The notes beneath the pieces are model-generated. The model had not been told where the DNA came from, did no database searches, and saw only the letters and a list, made by a program, of their open reading frames with translations. A DNA stretch of 64,000 nt from Octopus sinensis (taxonomy: Eukaryota), in contig NC_043005.1 in assembly GCF_006345805.1 (NCBI RefSeq), forward strand, positions 17,856,001 to 17,920,000, given 5' to 3'. Of the stretch, positions 28,906 through 41,335 are shown piece by piece. Each line of letters begins with the position of its first letter. The stretch's first letter is position 1. Both the position numbers and the translations under genes were made by a program.

Positions 28906-31410
28906 TTGATATGGAAAATATTAGGCCTTGAATAATAATCGTAGAACTGCATTATAGCAATGTGATAAAATGATATTCTTATATCAAAAGAATATAAAAT
29001 GCAGAAAAAGTCAGATGTTAGTTTTGAAATAAAATTTGTAATGTTAAAGTAAAATACATATTCCGTTATTCAGTCGAAATATTATCATTCCATAGGAAAA
29101 TTGCACCAGAATTCTGTTGTAAAACATAAATTTACATTCCCCAAAATAATGAATAACACTGCTTACTTATAAATAGAAGACAGACTTACTAGAACATAAT
29201 TCTACCAATCTACTTATCTTTAGCTATGAGCTCATTACCGAGTCAGCACAACAAACTATTTCACTGGTTTAACAGCCTAGTCTCAGAAAACTTTCTTTAA
29301 ATATGTTCATATATCTAGAAATATAAATATCCGACAATGTCAGGTGACATTACAATAAAGAAAGTATTTCTTTATCTTCCCATAAAATACCTACCGAACT
29401 TTTAAACAGAAAAGCAGAATGCAAAAGATTTACCAGGAGAATAGATGCACAGATTTTTTAATAGATTGGTTACTTTATTTCTGCAAAAAGTTCAAAAAAC
29501 TTTTATAGTTACCAATAACAGTGGGTTTTAAATCAACATGGCTCTGGGGACTTACAGAGAAAGTGACTCAATATTCTCTCGTAAAAAAAGTGGGCAAGTA
29601 GGCTATACAGTCACATTAAAGAACAGGCCTCACGATTCCTTATCAGTAGATGCATCAGACAATATCTATTTATTTGGCTTGATGCTGTGTTCTAGACAAT
29701 AGAATTTCCAGCAGGTATTACCGGTTTCGACTCCAGTTTGCCTAATAATGGTGCTGGAATATTCTCTCTGAAAATAAGTCTTGCATTGTATAATAAATTT
29801 AATTTACTAGATACGGAAGGTATCAGATGGCAGAAACTCGATAATCACTCATTCAGAGTAAGCATTGCTAAGCTGCCGAAAACTGAAACACCTTTCTCGT
29901 GTGCTACAGACGTTCACTTAACGTCTCAACCAGATAAAGTGATAGTTGTGTCAAAAAGGGACTTTATAAGTTAACGCTTGACCTGGTAGAAATAGTAACC
30001 AAATTCTTTCAAATCACTGTATAATGCAGCCTTAAATACACAAAAGATCATAAACTTGGGCAATGAGGACTATCCTAGTGTGTTATAACTAAATAAAAGT
30101 AGAAAAAAAGGGTTGATATCTGTAAGGGTTCAACTGGGAATCGAAGCGGTCACAGAAAATTGGCTACTTAGTGGCTAAGCACCACAGCACTAGTATTTTG
30201 AATACTCTCTAAATGGATCCCTGCATTGCTGTTAAGTTTGCTTCGCAAATCAGTGGTTCAATACCACTTTATTACACACTAGCCTAGAGTCTCCTAATAC
30301 AGTCATCGTTAAACCACACTTTGTGAGCAAGATAAAATAGACGGTAATATTCTAGAAACCCGCCTGATAGAATGTTCTCCTAATTTGAAGTTCCAAGCTT
30401 GTCGTTCAGTTCCAGGCGGTGTCTTCCAGAAGATTCGGTTCAGAGAGTAGTAAAAATATTTGGCGTAATCAACCATTTTCTCTGTAACGAAGTAAATAGT
30501 TCTATTTCTTAGAGTATTCTAATTTAGATTTTAATTAAAAACGAATGGTGTGTAGCAAAGATGGGAAAATGTTACCTACTTGCTTATTCGAAAATGACAT
30601 TACTGTTAAGAAAAAAATATTCTGCTAAAACCTGCTTCCTGGTGTCACTAGACCATTAAGAAGTAGATCAATTAATGACCTGGTTGTCAACTGGATCTGT
30701 AAATTGGTAGAGCAACATTCTAGTCTTGAAGGGGTTTCTGTGTCGCATAGTTTTGGCGCTGATTGTGTATTCATATCTACTTTAGCAGAATAAGATTTAC
30801 TTAGATTATTCAGGTCTTAGACCTAACAATTGTATTCTAACCACTTTTTATGATTCACATCGTTATGCAACTTGTAAAAAAAGTTGGATTTTGTTTTCAC
30901 ACCTATTTTCCTATATAGTCTGACTCCTCCGGTAGTGTGTTGAATTATCGAGTTTCCGATTAACTTGGTAGTTTATCCTTGGATTCATTTCCTACCGCTA
31001 AAGTATGCATGAATAATAGCTGCCGAATAAGCTAACCATGAACGTTTCAAGGATGACATTAATGTTCGTTTCGATACGATTAAGCAAACTGTTAAATGTG
31101 ACAAAATGCAAAGTACATGGTTTGCAGTATATTGTAGTGCGGTTTAATGCTACCAATGCAGCAATAAATTTCAGAGAATTTCATTGTGAATAGGTGCGTA
31201 ACTGGGTTTTGGTTGGTATCGGTCATCAGCCACCGACTGTTGTTTTAGGTGAGGATATGGTCAAAGAACAATCAACTGAAAATATTGTGTAAAACAACTG
31301 CTATTGCTGAAGCTTGAACCAGTCTCAATCAAATATAACTTGTTATATAAATAATATATAAATATATGCGTATATACATACATATATGTACATATCTACA
31401 TATATATGTA

Positions 31411-31770
31411 TATATACATGCATATATGGGTACAGGACAGCAAAAAAAAAAAAAACGTTGAACACATATGAGAAACAAAAACATAGAAACGAACTTTCTT
31501 TCGAACGACGAAAAAAGCAAACAGAGAGACGAGACATGCAACATAAAGAATATTCCCCTTCATCAGTTGTCGCTGTTTCATCTACTCCGCGTTTCGAAGT
31601 GAAACAGGGACAACTGAAGAAGGGGAATATTCTTTATGTTGTATGTCTCGTTTCTCTGTTTTTTCGTTGTTCAAAAAAGTTCGTTTTCTATGTTTTTTTT
31701 GTTTGTTTTCGTTTCTCATTGTATTCAACGTTTTTTTGATGTCCTGTACCCGTATATGCATGTATATATA
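31411..31770. repeat. inverted pair of P1 units (diverged arms, 19-nt spacer)
   Basis: Left arm ends CCCCTTCATCAGTTGTCGCTGTTTCA at 31580; right arm starts TGAAACAGGGACAACTGAAGAAGGGG at 31600. Confidence 0.8.
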
Positions 31771-31792
31771 TATATATATATATATATACACA

Positions 31793-32074
31793 ATTGCAGC
31801 GTGGAAGGTGTTTATAAGCCATTTAAGAAACACACAAAAGCCGTTCGATTCACTCCAACATTTAAGTTTAATTGTCAAAATATTTTCGTCGCTAAAATCC
31901 GCGACCTGTTCACTGACAAAGTCCGTGCTGCATCTCAGCACGGACTTTGTCAGTGAACAGGTCGCGGATTTTAGCGACGAAAATATTTTGACAAATTAAA
32001 CTTAAATGTTGGAGTGAATCGAACGGCTTTTGTGTGTTTCTTAAATGGCTTATAAACACCTTCCACGCTGCAAT
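31793..32074. repeat. near-perfect palindrome, 138/139-bp arms, 5-nt spacer CATCT
   Basis: Arms 31793-31930 and 31936-32074 are reverse complements with one indel. Confidence 0.95.
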
Positions 32075-32131
32075 GTTTTCGTTTCAGCCACGATCTCAGA
32101 TCAAATTACTTGCTATGCGAGTACATCTCCG

Positions 32132-32223
<92 letters not shown>

Positions 32224-33164
32224 TATGTAGGTATGTACATATATGTATGCATATATTTATATATTATTTATATTATTATATGATCGAACGCCACGCATCC
32301 TTTTCCAAATAACTTGTTATCTGCTATGCATGCTTTCGTCTACCAGTATATGGCTGAAGACATAGAATATGAACTCTTTGAAGTATTGTAATGTTGGAAA
32401 AACATGATGAAGATACACAGTAAATAGTTTAATACAGAAGAAGTTGAATAATTCGTATATTAGCGCAAATTAACAAAATAAAAGCTGAATATTTATCTGT
32501 ATTTAAGGTTTGGTTCTTTTTTGATTTCGTTGAATTGGATTTCGAAGAAATTTGATCATTTGGTATTTATACTGAAAAATAAAAGATATGTTTTCTAAAA
32601 GAAAGGTTTGCAGCAATTTCTGTTTAGTTTGGTGCAAATAACAAGACAATGTCCTTGCAATGCAGCGAGATGAACAGGTGGTGAAATTTTATGCTGGATA
32701 AAGAACATATAGAAGTAGAAATTACCGTTTTCTCTAAGTTGAAATTATCTACTATTTTCTTTAAGCTGAAATTACATACTGTTTGCTCTCCGTTGAAACG
32801 AGAGGTTGAACATACAGTGATGTACTTATACTCTTCGTTTATTTAAATGTTTTTTTAAAAATCTATTGAAAACCGGGCTCTTTCAGATAGGTGAATATCT
32901 GAATATCTGAAATTAATGTCTGAACGGAAACGTGGAATGTGAAGAAGTCAGAAGGTAGAATTCTGCTGGGGAAACGGACTTTTCAGGGTTTAATAGTAGT
33001 TTGAAGTTGAGATACGATGAGAGTGGCTTAAAGAATTTTATATTGGTTTCTCTCTACTGAATTACCCTCTCTGCGTTGCTTGAGATCGAATACTGAAGTA
33101 TGTTATTTGCAAAGCGAAATTAATACAAGTGTTTTAGTTGTGGCTATCATTTTTTTTTTGTATA

Positions 33165-33300
33165 TTTATTTTTTATTGCCCACAAGGGGCTAAACATAGA
33201 GGGGACAAACAAGGACGAATAAAGGGATTAAGTCGATTACATCAACCCCAGTGCGCAACTGGTACTTATTTAATCGACCCCGATAGGATGAAAGGCAAAA
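33165..33300 (-). mobile_element. S2 SINE 3' fragment
   Basis: CCCACAAGGGGCTAAAC...GGATGAAAGGCAAA. Confidence 0.75.
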
Positions 33301-33834
33301 GTGGCTACGTTTTTAAATCCATCTTCTGTTTAAGAAAGTATAGGGATATTTGGCTACTATTCCCAGCAAGCTAAACAACATATCCCTTGGAACAAAAAAG
33401 ATTCACTTTAGTCATTGAGCGAAAATAATTTCACAGACATAACGGCCCTTTATAAAGCAAATGAAATATAGCAATGGGCTATGAAAATGGATAAAAGATC
33501 TTTACCAACGTTCCTCGGCAAAAAAAGAATCCAGCTATAGCAAATCGCAACATTATACTTGCCTATCATACATTCCATTGAAGGGTAGGGACAATCTTCT
33601 ATTCTTAAAAATTATTCGGTTCACTAGACTTGTTATGGTTGCTTCCACAGAAGTTCAATGTCACAAAACGAGCTGAAGTGGCCGAACGACTTCCGCTCGA
33701 ATTACTTCGAAATTTGAAACTAGACGGGAGAACTTGGCCATAAGGACCGTGATTTGCACAAAACTGGCAGAGGAAATTGTCATTCGCTTTTAGAAAGTAG
33801 GTTTACATAAAAACTTGCTTCATTTCCTTGCTTC

Positions 33835-34160
33835 TTATGTTAAGTAAGAAGCTGGCTTTGCAATCACCTGGTTTGGGTTTCAGATCCACATATACGACAG
33901 ATTGGCCAAGCGTCTTTTACTATAAGCCTCAGGTCGACCAGTGTCTTTGTATCTGTGTTTGTCTCCCGCTACTGCTTGACAGCCGGTGTTGGTTTGCATA
34001 CGTCCCTGTTATTCTCTCAGTCTCGATGAAAGAGACTGATAGAATAAGTGCCAAACTTAAAAGCATAAATAGTGGCGGCAACTTATTCTACTAAAACTTA
34101 TCGGTGCTCCAGCATGGTCGTAGTCCAATGACTAAAACGATAAAACACAAAACGATAAGT
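33835..34160 (+). mobile_element. degenerate S1 SINE
   Basis: Head, core and tail CGGTGCTCCAGCATGGTCGTAGTCCAATGACTAAAAC. Confidence 0.6.
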
Positions 34161-34541
34161 AAAGTTAGCCGATTTTTTCTTAGTCTAATTATCAAAATTA
34201 ATAGATCAGCTGCTAATTATCACTAAAGATAATTAGCAACTGTTATTCAAAGTACATCACATCACTGTAAAAGATAAAAGGCAACTTTAATGGAAGCGGA
34301 GAGAAATAATAAAACTGACATTTCAGCAAAACAGCATTTTTCGTGGCAGAATAGCAAATTTGCCAACATGACATTTTTGTGGCTTTGGTCGGTTTTAAAA
34401 CAGCACCTCCCATAATTTCGGGGTTGATTTGATTGAAAAACATGCTACAAGTCAACACCTGTAAGAATGTGTTCCGAAAAAAAAATTGATGACACTACAA
34501 ATCATTCTCTGAAGTAGTTAATGCGAGGTGGTATGCAGCTA

Positions 34542-34772
34542 GGCGGCGAGCTGGCAGAAACGTTAGCACGACGGGCGAAATGCGTAGCCGTATTTCGTCT
34601 GCCGTTATGTTCTGAGTTCAAATTCTGCCAAGGCCGACTTGGCCTTTCATCCTTTCGGGGTCGATAAACTAAGTACCAGTTACGCACTGGGGTCGATGTA
34701 ATCGACTTAATACCTATGTCTGTCCTTGTTTGTCCTCTCTGTGTTTAGCCCCTTGTGGGTAGTAAAGAAATA
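34542..34772 (+). mobile_element. S2 SINE with 12-bp TSD
   Basis: GGTATGCAGCTA at 34530-34541 and 34773-34784. Confidence 0.92.
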
Positions 34773-35740
34773 GGTATGCAGCTAGCTACATCCGAGGCAG
34801 AAGTAGTTTTTGGATAGGTGTTGTCAAGTCTTTGAAAAATCAACCGGATGTATCTTCCTAAGGCCTCGGATATTTATGTGTGTATGTCGTGTGTTGTGTT
34901 GTTTGTGTGTGCGCGTGCGTATATGTGTGTACGTGCTCTGTGTGTGTGTGTGTGTATGTGTAGCATCGTCCCATATATGAGTTGCCATATTCCGTGGGAG
35001 CCTTACTTCAATTAGCGGCCAGTAGAGAAGGATAAGGAGCTACATCGGAAATGACACAAGTCTAATGTTCGCTTAACATTGCAGTTATATAACGCAAATC
35101 CATATTACATATAAGTACTAGTATAAAACCGTACAGAAGACGGTGTTTCTATTAGTATCAATGAGGCTACTTATTCAGAGGTGAAGAAAGGTGGGTCAGA
35201 AGCGCATAGGAACTGATTAGATAGATGGAGTAAACAAACAAGAGAGTAAGGGAGAAATAACGGATAAGTGAAGGTAGAAGAGAAAACATAGAAGGTTAGG
35301 TGAAGAAAGGTCGTTAGTAGTTGATGAAGGCTAGAAGGTAATTAGAAAAATAGAGAGAAAGAGATAGTAATTACAGAGAACATTCGATTAGTTTGTGAAG
35401 TTTGAACAAAAAAAAATTTCAAGGTAAGTAAAAATAAACGGATAAATAAATTTATATAATTAAACAAACGAAGATAGTCGATAGATTAAATATTAATCAT
35501 GCGGCTTCTTGTAAAAAAAAGGGTAATTATAGTAATGCTATAATTATTATTAGAAATATCGATAATCTTAGCAAAAATGAAGAAGAAATTGATCAAACTT
35601 ATAATTATTAGGTTTTTTTAGCTGTTGCGTAATAGAAAGTGATGATAACGTGTAAAGTGCGACGATGACAAACTGCCACAAGAACTGTAGCTACAGATGA
35701 CGAAATGCAATAGTGACACACACACAGTGTATGTGCATGT

Positions 35741-35788
<48 letters not shown>

Positions 35789-35976
35789 AGGTGAATGAAT
35801 TATCCTAGTATGGATAATTCGGTTAACCGATACCTGGGTAGCAAATTCACGTCAGAAAACATGGTTAAAGCTATATGCCGAGGGCAGGGATCCCGTGTTC
35901 TCGTGTGTAAATTTGTGTGTTTTTTTTTAACTATGAATAAATGAAAGAATGGAGTCGAACGACGATTTTAACAAAA

Positions 35977-36075
35977 TTCCTTTACTCTCGACACATGTTT
36001 CGAAGGCTGCATATTCCTAATTCCGAAGGAATAAAGGGTGCATTGTGCCGCCATCTCATCAGGAAAGACAAGGAA
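35977..36075 (-). ncRNA. type-I hammerhead ribozyme (left arm copy)
   Basis: Mirror of 36184-36282; predicted cleavage 3' of minus-strand C at 35990. Confidence 0.75.
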
Positions 36076-36183
36076 CTTATGTCAGCACCATGAAGAGCAA
36101 AAACTTTTAGATGACTGCCCACAGTGATGACTGTCATCTAAAAGTCATCTAAAAGTTTTTGCTCTTCATGGTGCCGACATAAT

Positions 36184-36282
36184 TTCCTTGTCTTTCCTGA
36201 TGAGATGGCGGCATAATGCACCCTTTATTCCTTCGGAATTAGGAATATGCAGCCTTCGAAACATGTGTCGAGAGTAAAGGAA
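36184..36282 (+). ncRNA. type-I hammerhead ribozyme with intact core
   Basis: Stem I TTCCTT-GT-CTTTC / GAGAG-TA-AAGGAA (6+5 bp around a 2x2 loop), CTGATGA 36197-36203, long G-C-closed stem II, GAAAC-ATGT-GTC, cleavage after 36269. Confidence 0.8.
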
Positions 36283-36347
36283 TTTTGTTAAAATCGTCGT
36301 TCGACTCCATTCTTTCATTTATATATATATATATATATATAATATAT

Positions 36348-36426
<79 letters not shown>

Positions 36427-36506
36427 GTGTGTGTGTAGATATATAGATAGATATAGATATATAGATACATAAATATAGCTATATATATAATGTAAACGTA
36501 TATGCA

Positions 36507-36543
<37 letters not shown>

Positions 36544-36676
36544 GTGTGTATATGTGTGTGTGTATACATGCATACATATATCTATATACATACATGTGGT
36601 GTAAATTCGTGCTAATGTGTATAAATACTACATCATATGTATATACATATATGCATGTATATGTGCATAAATATAT

Positions 36677-36762
<86 letters not shown>

Positions 36763-37194
36763 GACACACACATTCAGTCGAACGCTGACGACGCACAACA
36801 TATCTATCTATATTCGTATGAAATCCATCAAAACACCAACACAAACTCACATTACAAAATGACAGGTACATTTCAGCGGCCAACCTTCTGTACGCATACA
36901 GATCTGTTTATATAAGAGACGTATACCAACACACAGTCGCACACAGTCGCACAAACTCACCAATGGACATATATATGAGACAAGCATAATAGCGTAATTA
37001 TTGTTATGGTTTCACATCATCCATATAAGCATACGTATACGACAGAGACTCGTATATTAGATGTATGAACTACCCATGAAGCAACAACAACTTGTGGAGA
37101 CTAATAGGTGGTACGTGTGTCTGTGTACGTGTTATAGTATCTGTCTACACGCGTGTTAATGCTAGCGGGTGGATACGCACACACGCACACACAG

Positions 37195-37231
<37 letters not shown>

Positions 37232-37569
37232 TATATTAATAACAGAAAGGCACAACTTCACATTTACACAGCACGCAACGAACAATACACATACAGAACC
37301 TACTTCTCTAGATCACTCACACACATATATGTACACTCGCTTTAACGCGTGCGCAAAACAGGCCTGTCCTCATATCTGCTCTTCAGTCTTGGCGCACCCA
37401 ATTTAGCTCTCCACCCAATCCGGTCAGTCAGTGGTCAGCATGTAGACCAACTAAACAAGTTTATGTTGCATCATCTCTTTGCGCAGCTCAGTGTAGGAAC
37501 TTATTGTAAAACCTCTCTGACAATATGTTACGTTCGCGATTAGGCTTGTTGCTTGTAAAAATATGCAGA

Positions 37570-38300
37570 TTTTAATTTGTTAGCATCAGTTCTTCAGCAA
37601 TATTCATTCCCGTCAATTTAGATCGACTCCATGGCATTTCCGCATTCTGATTTGTATTTTCAGCTGGCTCTTGTTCCAACAGTATCTGCTCCTCGTTAGA
37701 CATACTGTTGACTTCCACTAGGGAAGAATTCGTAAAGTCATGAATATATATTCTAGCCAAATATTTTTTCAAACTCCCTTCAAATTTGAGTCGTTCCATG
37801 TCATCCCATGATTCAGTTATCTTATCCACCGTATTTACTATGTTGAGCTTCTTCCAGAAGTCTCTAGCTGTAGCTTTATCCGCCTTGTCGATTACTTTCA
37901 AAAGTTGTTTAAAAGTTCTTAGATAATATACCTTAAAGTTAGCTATCACACCTTGATTCGTTGGATGGAGCAAAGAATTTGCATTCTTAGGAATATATTC
38001 CACTCTCACATTGCCAATCAGAAAGCTCATTTATGTTCACTAATAATTTGGTGCATTGTCTAAAGGTACCAATACTTTGTTGAAAATATTTTCAAGGCTC
38101 TTAGCCATCAATATTTTTTATTTGAACGCCAAATCAGAGGTTGCGTAACCCTTGAAAGTGATACACATACAGGGGACTTTAAGCTTATATCACCAGACGT
38201 TGAGATTATTTTTGTAAATATTTGAGCCATGTTTTCAGTCTAAGGATAAATTTCTCGCTCCCCAGACCACTTTAGGACACTCTGTAAACGGGCTATGAAT
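37570..38300 (-). pseudogene. pogo/Tigger (DDE_1) transposase remnant
   Basis: KVLVPLDNAPN, VEYIPKNANSLLHPTNQGVIANFKVYYLRTF, RDFWKKLNIVNTVDKITESW. Confidence 0.75.
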
Positions 38301-39126
38301 TCTTTGCTCCTCTTGAATAAGTTTTAGTAACAAAATCATTAAGATTACATTCTGATTGTTGACTAATACATTTTACTAAGTACCATATGTACTAACGAAT
38401 GCACTAGCCATCGCTAAAATGGGGTCTACTTTTCAAGAACCAAAGCCTTTTTTTTAATTTGTTAGTCTTGTTCATGTTTTCCTTTAGAATTAGTTTATCC
38501 AATGTTGCCATACCCTTTCGACTGCAAGGTGTGGTTTGAGAGAGATTCGTTAGGAAGTTCTAGGAGCCTCACGACCACATAAAGTGTTTGCTGTTGGTAC
38601 TTTCTGTTGATTTTGTCAATCCTAGGTGTACACTGATTTAGTAGACTTGCCTTTATAAGTATTCTATCAAGACCTACCACATACCAGTTCAGGGGAATAT
38701 ATTATCTTATACGCTATTTTCCCCAAAAGAGTAGAGTGTGATTTGAAGGATGCTTGGTTGCTATTTCTAGCAATTCGTACGATACCCTCAGGAGACTTGT
38801 GGACGGCATTTTTATCTGCTCTTTAATGTAATTTCCTAGTAAAATGTATGTGAATGTGTGAGATGGAATGTTGCTATGGGCAACAGCAGTTCAGTAAAAT
38901 AAGAGATTAATTCCGGATTTTGTGGTCTTAAAGCAGATAAGATTAATCTCTTTCTAGTTAGGAAACACTGTTTCTCACAAGTAATATGTATCAGAGGACC
39001 TGTTGTAGTTATGCTTTCTTTGCTTTTGAAGGTGGACAAAAACGTACGAATGTTGCAAGTTCCCATTTGTTTTAAACTGTGCATTCTCCACACATTTATG
39101 CAAACGTATGTATATGTACATATGTA

Positions 39127-39224
<98 letters not shown>

Positions 39225-39270
39225 AAACAAGTCAAAAATAGAAAATGCTAAGATAATTTTATAGTGAACA

Positions 39271-39316
39271 TTTCAGTACCGGTTTCGGTCATTTTGAGAC
39301 CTTTTCAACTGTAACG
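39271..39316 (-). ncRNA. minimal type-I hammerhead, U3-A8 core variant
   Basis: Minus strand: GTTACAG-TTGAAAA-GGTC(TCAAAAT)GACC-GAAAC-CG-GTA-CTGAAA; palindromic ACCGGT stem III. Confidence 0.7.
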
Positions 39317-39917
39317 ATTAAATAATTAAATTTAGAAAAATTAGAAGAAAAGTTTTTTTAAAAGAATATTTCTATAGTAGTGCTCAGATATAAGTGGCAT
39401 TCTGCCTTTCTCTGACTCCCTTGTTTGCACTTGTGTGTTCGAGGTCGTTGTGAGTTCTTGGTAGGGTAGGAGAAGGCTGATGTGGAGAGGGGGTGGGGAA
39501 ATCTGGGAATGCCTTGATGGTCGTATTTTGAATGGTCAGTGGCGGACAGCAGTCGCAGTTCAATTCAGGAATTGTTTATGGAATTTGCGCAGGCGTTATA
39601 CTGAAAGGCATTAGTGACAAGGTTAAGGGGTAGAAGGTGGAGAAGTAGAAGAAGAAGATGACGATGTTGATGATGATGATGATGAAGAAGAAGAAGAAGG
39701 AGAAGAAGATGATGATGATGATGGTGGTGATGATGATGACGACGATGATGATGATAATGATGATGATGAAGAAGAAGAGGAAGAAGAAGAAAAAAACAGA
39801 GAAGGGAGAATATGAATGGGTGAAAGTATAGCTGTGATGGGGCTGATTAGTAATGGATTCTATGAAATGTAATATTTGTGTGTGTATATATTTCTTTTAT
39901 TCTAAAGTTGAGGTATA

Positions 39918-40700
39918 TTAATTGTTTGTCGTAGACCCGTTAAGAAGTGGCCTGTATTTTGTAATAAAGAGATTTTCTTTACTTATTCGTTGTCTCGAGG
40001 TTGTATCGTCCCTAAATTGGTAGAGGGGGAAAATCCTGAAGTTTGGTGTTTTTTTGTTGGCGCAAGTATCTATGTGTTGGCTAAAAGCTATTTTTCTGTT
40101 TTGGGGAATTTTTATCTGGGATCTGTGCAGGGCCATTCGTTTACGCAAACCATTTTTTGTTTGGCCTATGTACTGCTCTTGACACCCGGAGCAGGTTAGT
40201 GAGTATATTAGGTTCTCCGAAGCACATGTGAAGTTGCTTTTCACTGTAAACCGTTGTCCCTGTTTGAAGGAGAACTCTGATCCCTCAATTAGATAGTCGC
40301 ATATCCCGCAATTGGGTCTTCCACATTTTTTTACTGTCGGCTTCTGTGTTGAAGAGTGAATTCGGGCTTGTGTTAGGAGACTTTTCATAGATCTAGGCTG
40401 TCTTTTGCTTTTTATGATCGCGTGTGTTTGGAGGATTGTGTTCATTCTGTAGTCTTTTTTTAGGAGGGGTATGTCGTGGAGGATGTTGCCGAAGGCTTCG
40501 TTATTGAGAGGGTTGTGTGTGGAGATGTATGGTAAGGCTTTTGGTTGTAAGTTTTTCTTTGATTTGGGATGTCTCAGTTCCTTGATGTTAAGTTGAAGGG
40601 CACGTTGAATGCACTTGTCAATAAGTGAAGGTGGATAGTTCCTGGTGATAAGGGTATCTTTTAGTTCTTGTAGTCGTGTGTCTCTGGTGTTTGCGTTAGA
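39918..40700 (-). CDS. Penelope-like RT thumb plus GIY-YIG endonuclease (partial, stop-free)
   Basis: RLQELKDTLITRNYPPSLI, KCGRPNCGIC, NFTCASENLIYSLTCSGCQEQYIGQT..LRKRMALHRSQI, KENLFITKYRPLLN. Confidence 0.88.
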   Translation of the reverse strand, partial: SNANTRDTRLQELKDTLITRNYPPSLIDKCIQRALQLNIKELRHPKSKKNLQPKALPYISTHNPLNNEAFGNILHDIPLLKKDYRMNTILQTHAIIKSKRQPRSMKSLLTQARIHSSTQKPTVKKCGRPNCGICDYLIEGSEFSFKQGQRFTVKSNFTCASENLIYSLTCSGCQEQYIGQTKNGLRKRMALHRSQIKIPQNRKIAFSQHIDTCANKKTPNFRIFPLYQFRDDTTSRQRISKENLFITKYRPLLNGSTTNN

Positions 40701-40759
40701 GAAATGCATATACTTACATAGAAACACACACATATATACATATGCGCATATATATATAT

Positions 40760-41010
40760 GTAGAGATAAAACAGGGGACAACTGATGAAGGGAAAGTTCT
40801 TTATGTTGCCTGTCTCGTTTCTCTATTTGTTTCTTTGGTTGTGCGAAAATTTTTTTCGTTTTCCCTGTTTTTGTTTTTTATGTTCCCGTTTCTCATTTTG
40901 TTGACGTTTTTGTGACGTCCCGTACCCATGTAATCATATATATATATACCTATATATGTAGGCATGTACATATATGTATGTATATATGCATATATATATT
41001 ATTTATATAT
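40760..41010 (+). repeat. P1 repeat copy, opposite in orientation to the adjacent Penelope ORF
   Basis: ACAGGGGACAACTGATGAAGGGAAAGTTCTTTATGTTGC... homologous to the right arm at 31600. Confidence 0.7.
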
Positions 41011-41250
41011 TATATTGTTGTATTTCGGAATGGTCATTTTGCTAGTTTAGCCAATAAAAACACACGCACTATATATTTGGTGTTACTTTGCTTCAGTGTT
41101 ATTCATTTATTACATTAATCTTAATCTTATTTCGGCCAGAGTTCTTTCGTTACACTCCTGTGACCGCATCAATGGGCCTTTGCTTTCTTCTTTCTTATTT
41201 GTGTGTCTCTCCTTACTAACCGCCAGCCATTTTGTATTATATTATATATA

Positions 41251-41315
<65 letters not shown>

Positions 41316-41335
41316 TTTACATACATACATACATA

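Larger units (their letters stand above)
35937..36322. repeat. 386-bp inverted repeat (180-bp arms, 3 mismatches, 26-nt spacer)
   Basis: Arms 35937-36116 and 36143-36322; (TA)n follows on the right. Confidence 0.95.
39220..40700 (-). mobile_element. 5'-truncated Penelope-like element (ORF end plus 3' UTR/pLTR) ending at (TA)n
   Basis: GIY-YIG ORF, ~700-nt 3' region with hammerhead motif, abuts (TA)n at about 39219. Confidence 0.8.

Noticed and set aside
41135-41182. Minus-strand TTGATGC-GGTCAC..GTGTAAC-GAAAG-AA-CTC-TGGCC hammerhead-like motif
   Set aside because: Several core and stem mismatches; not distinguishable from chance by eye.
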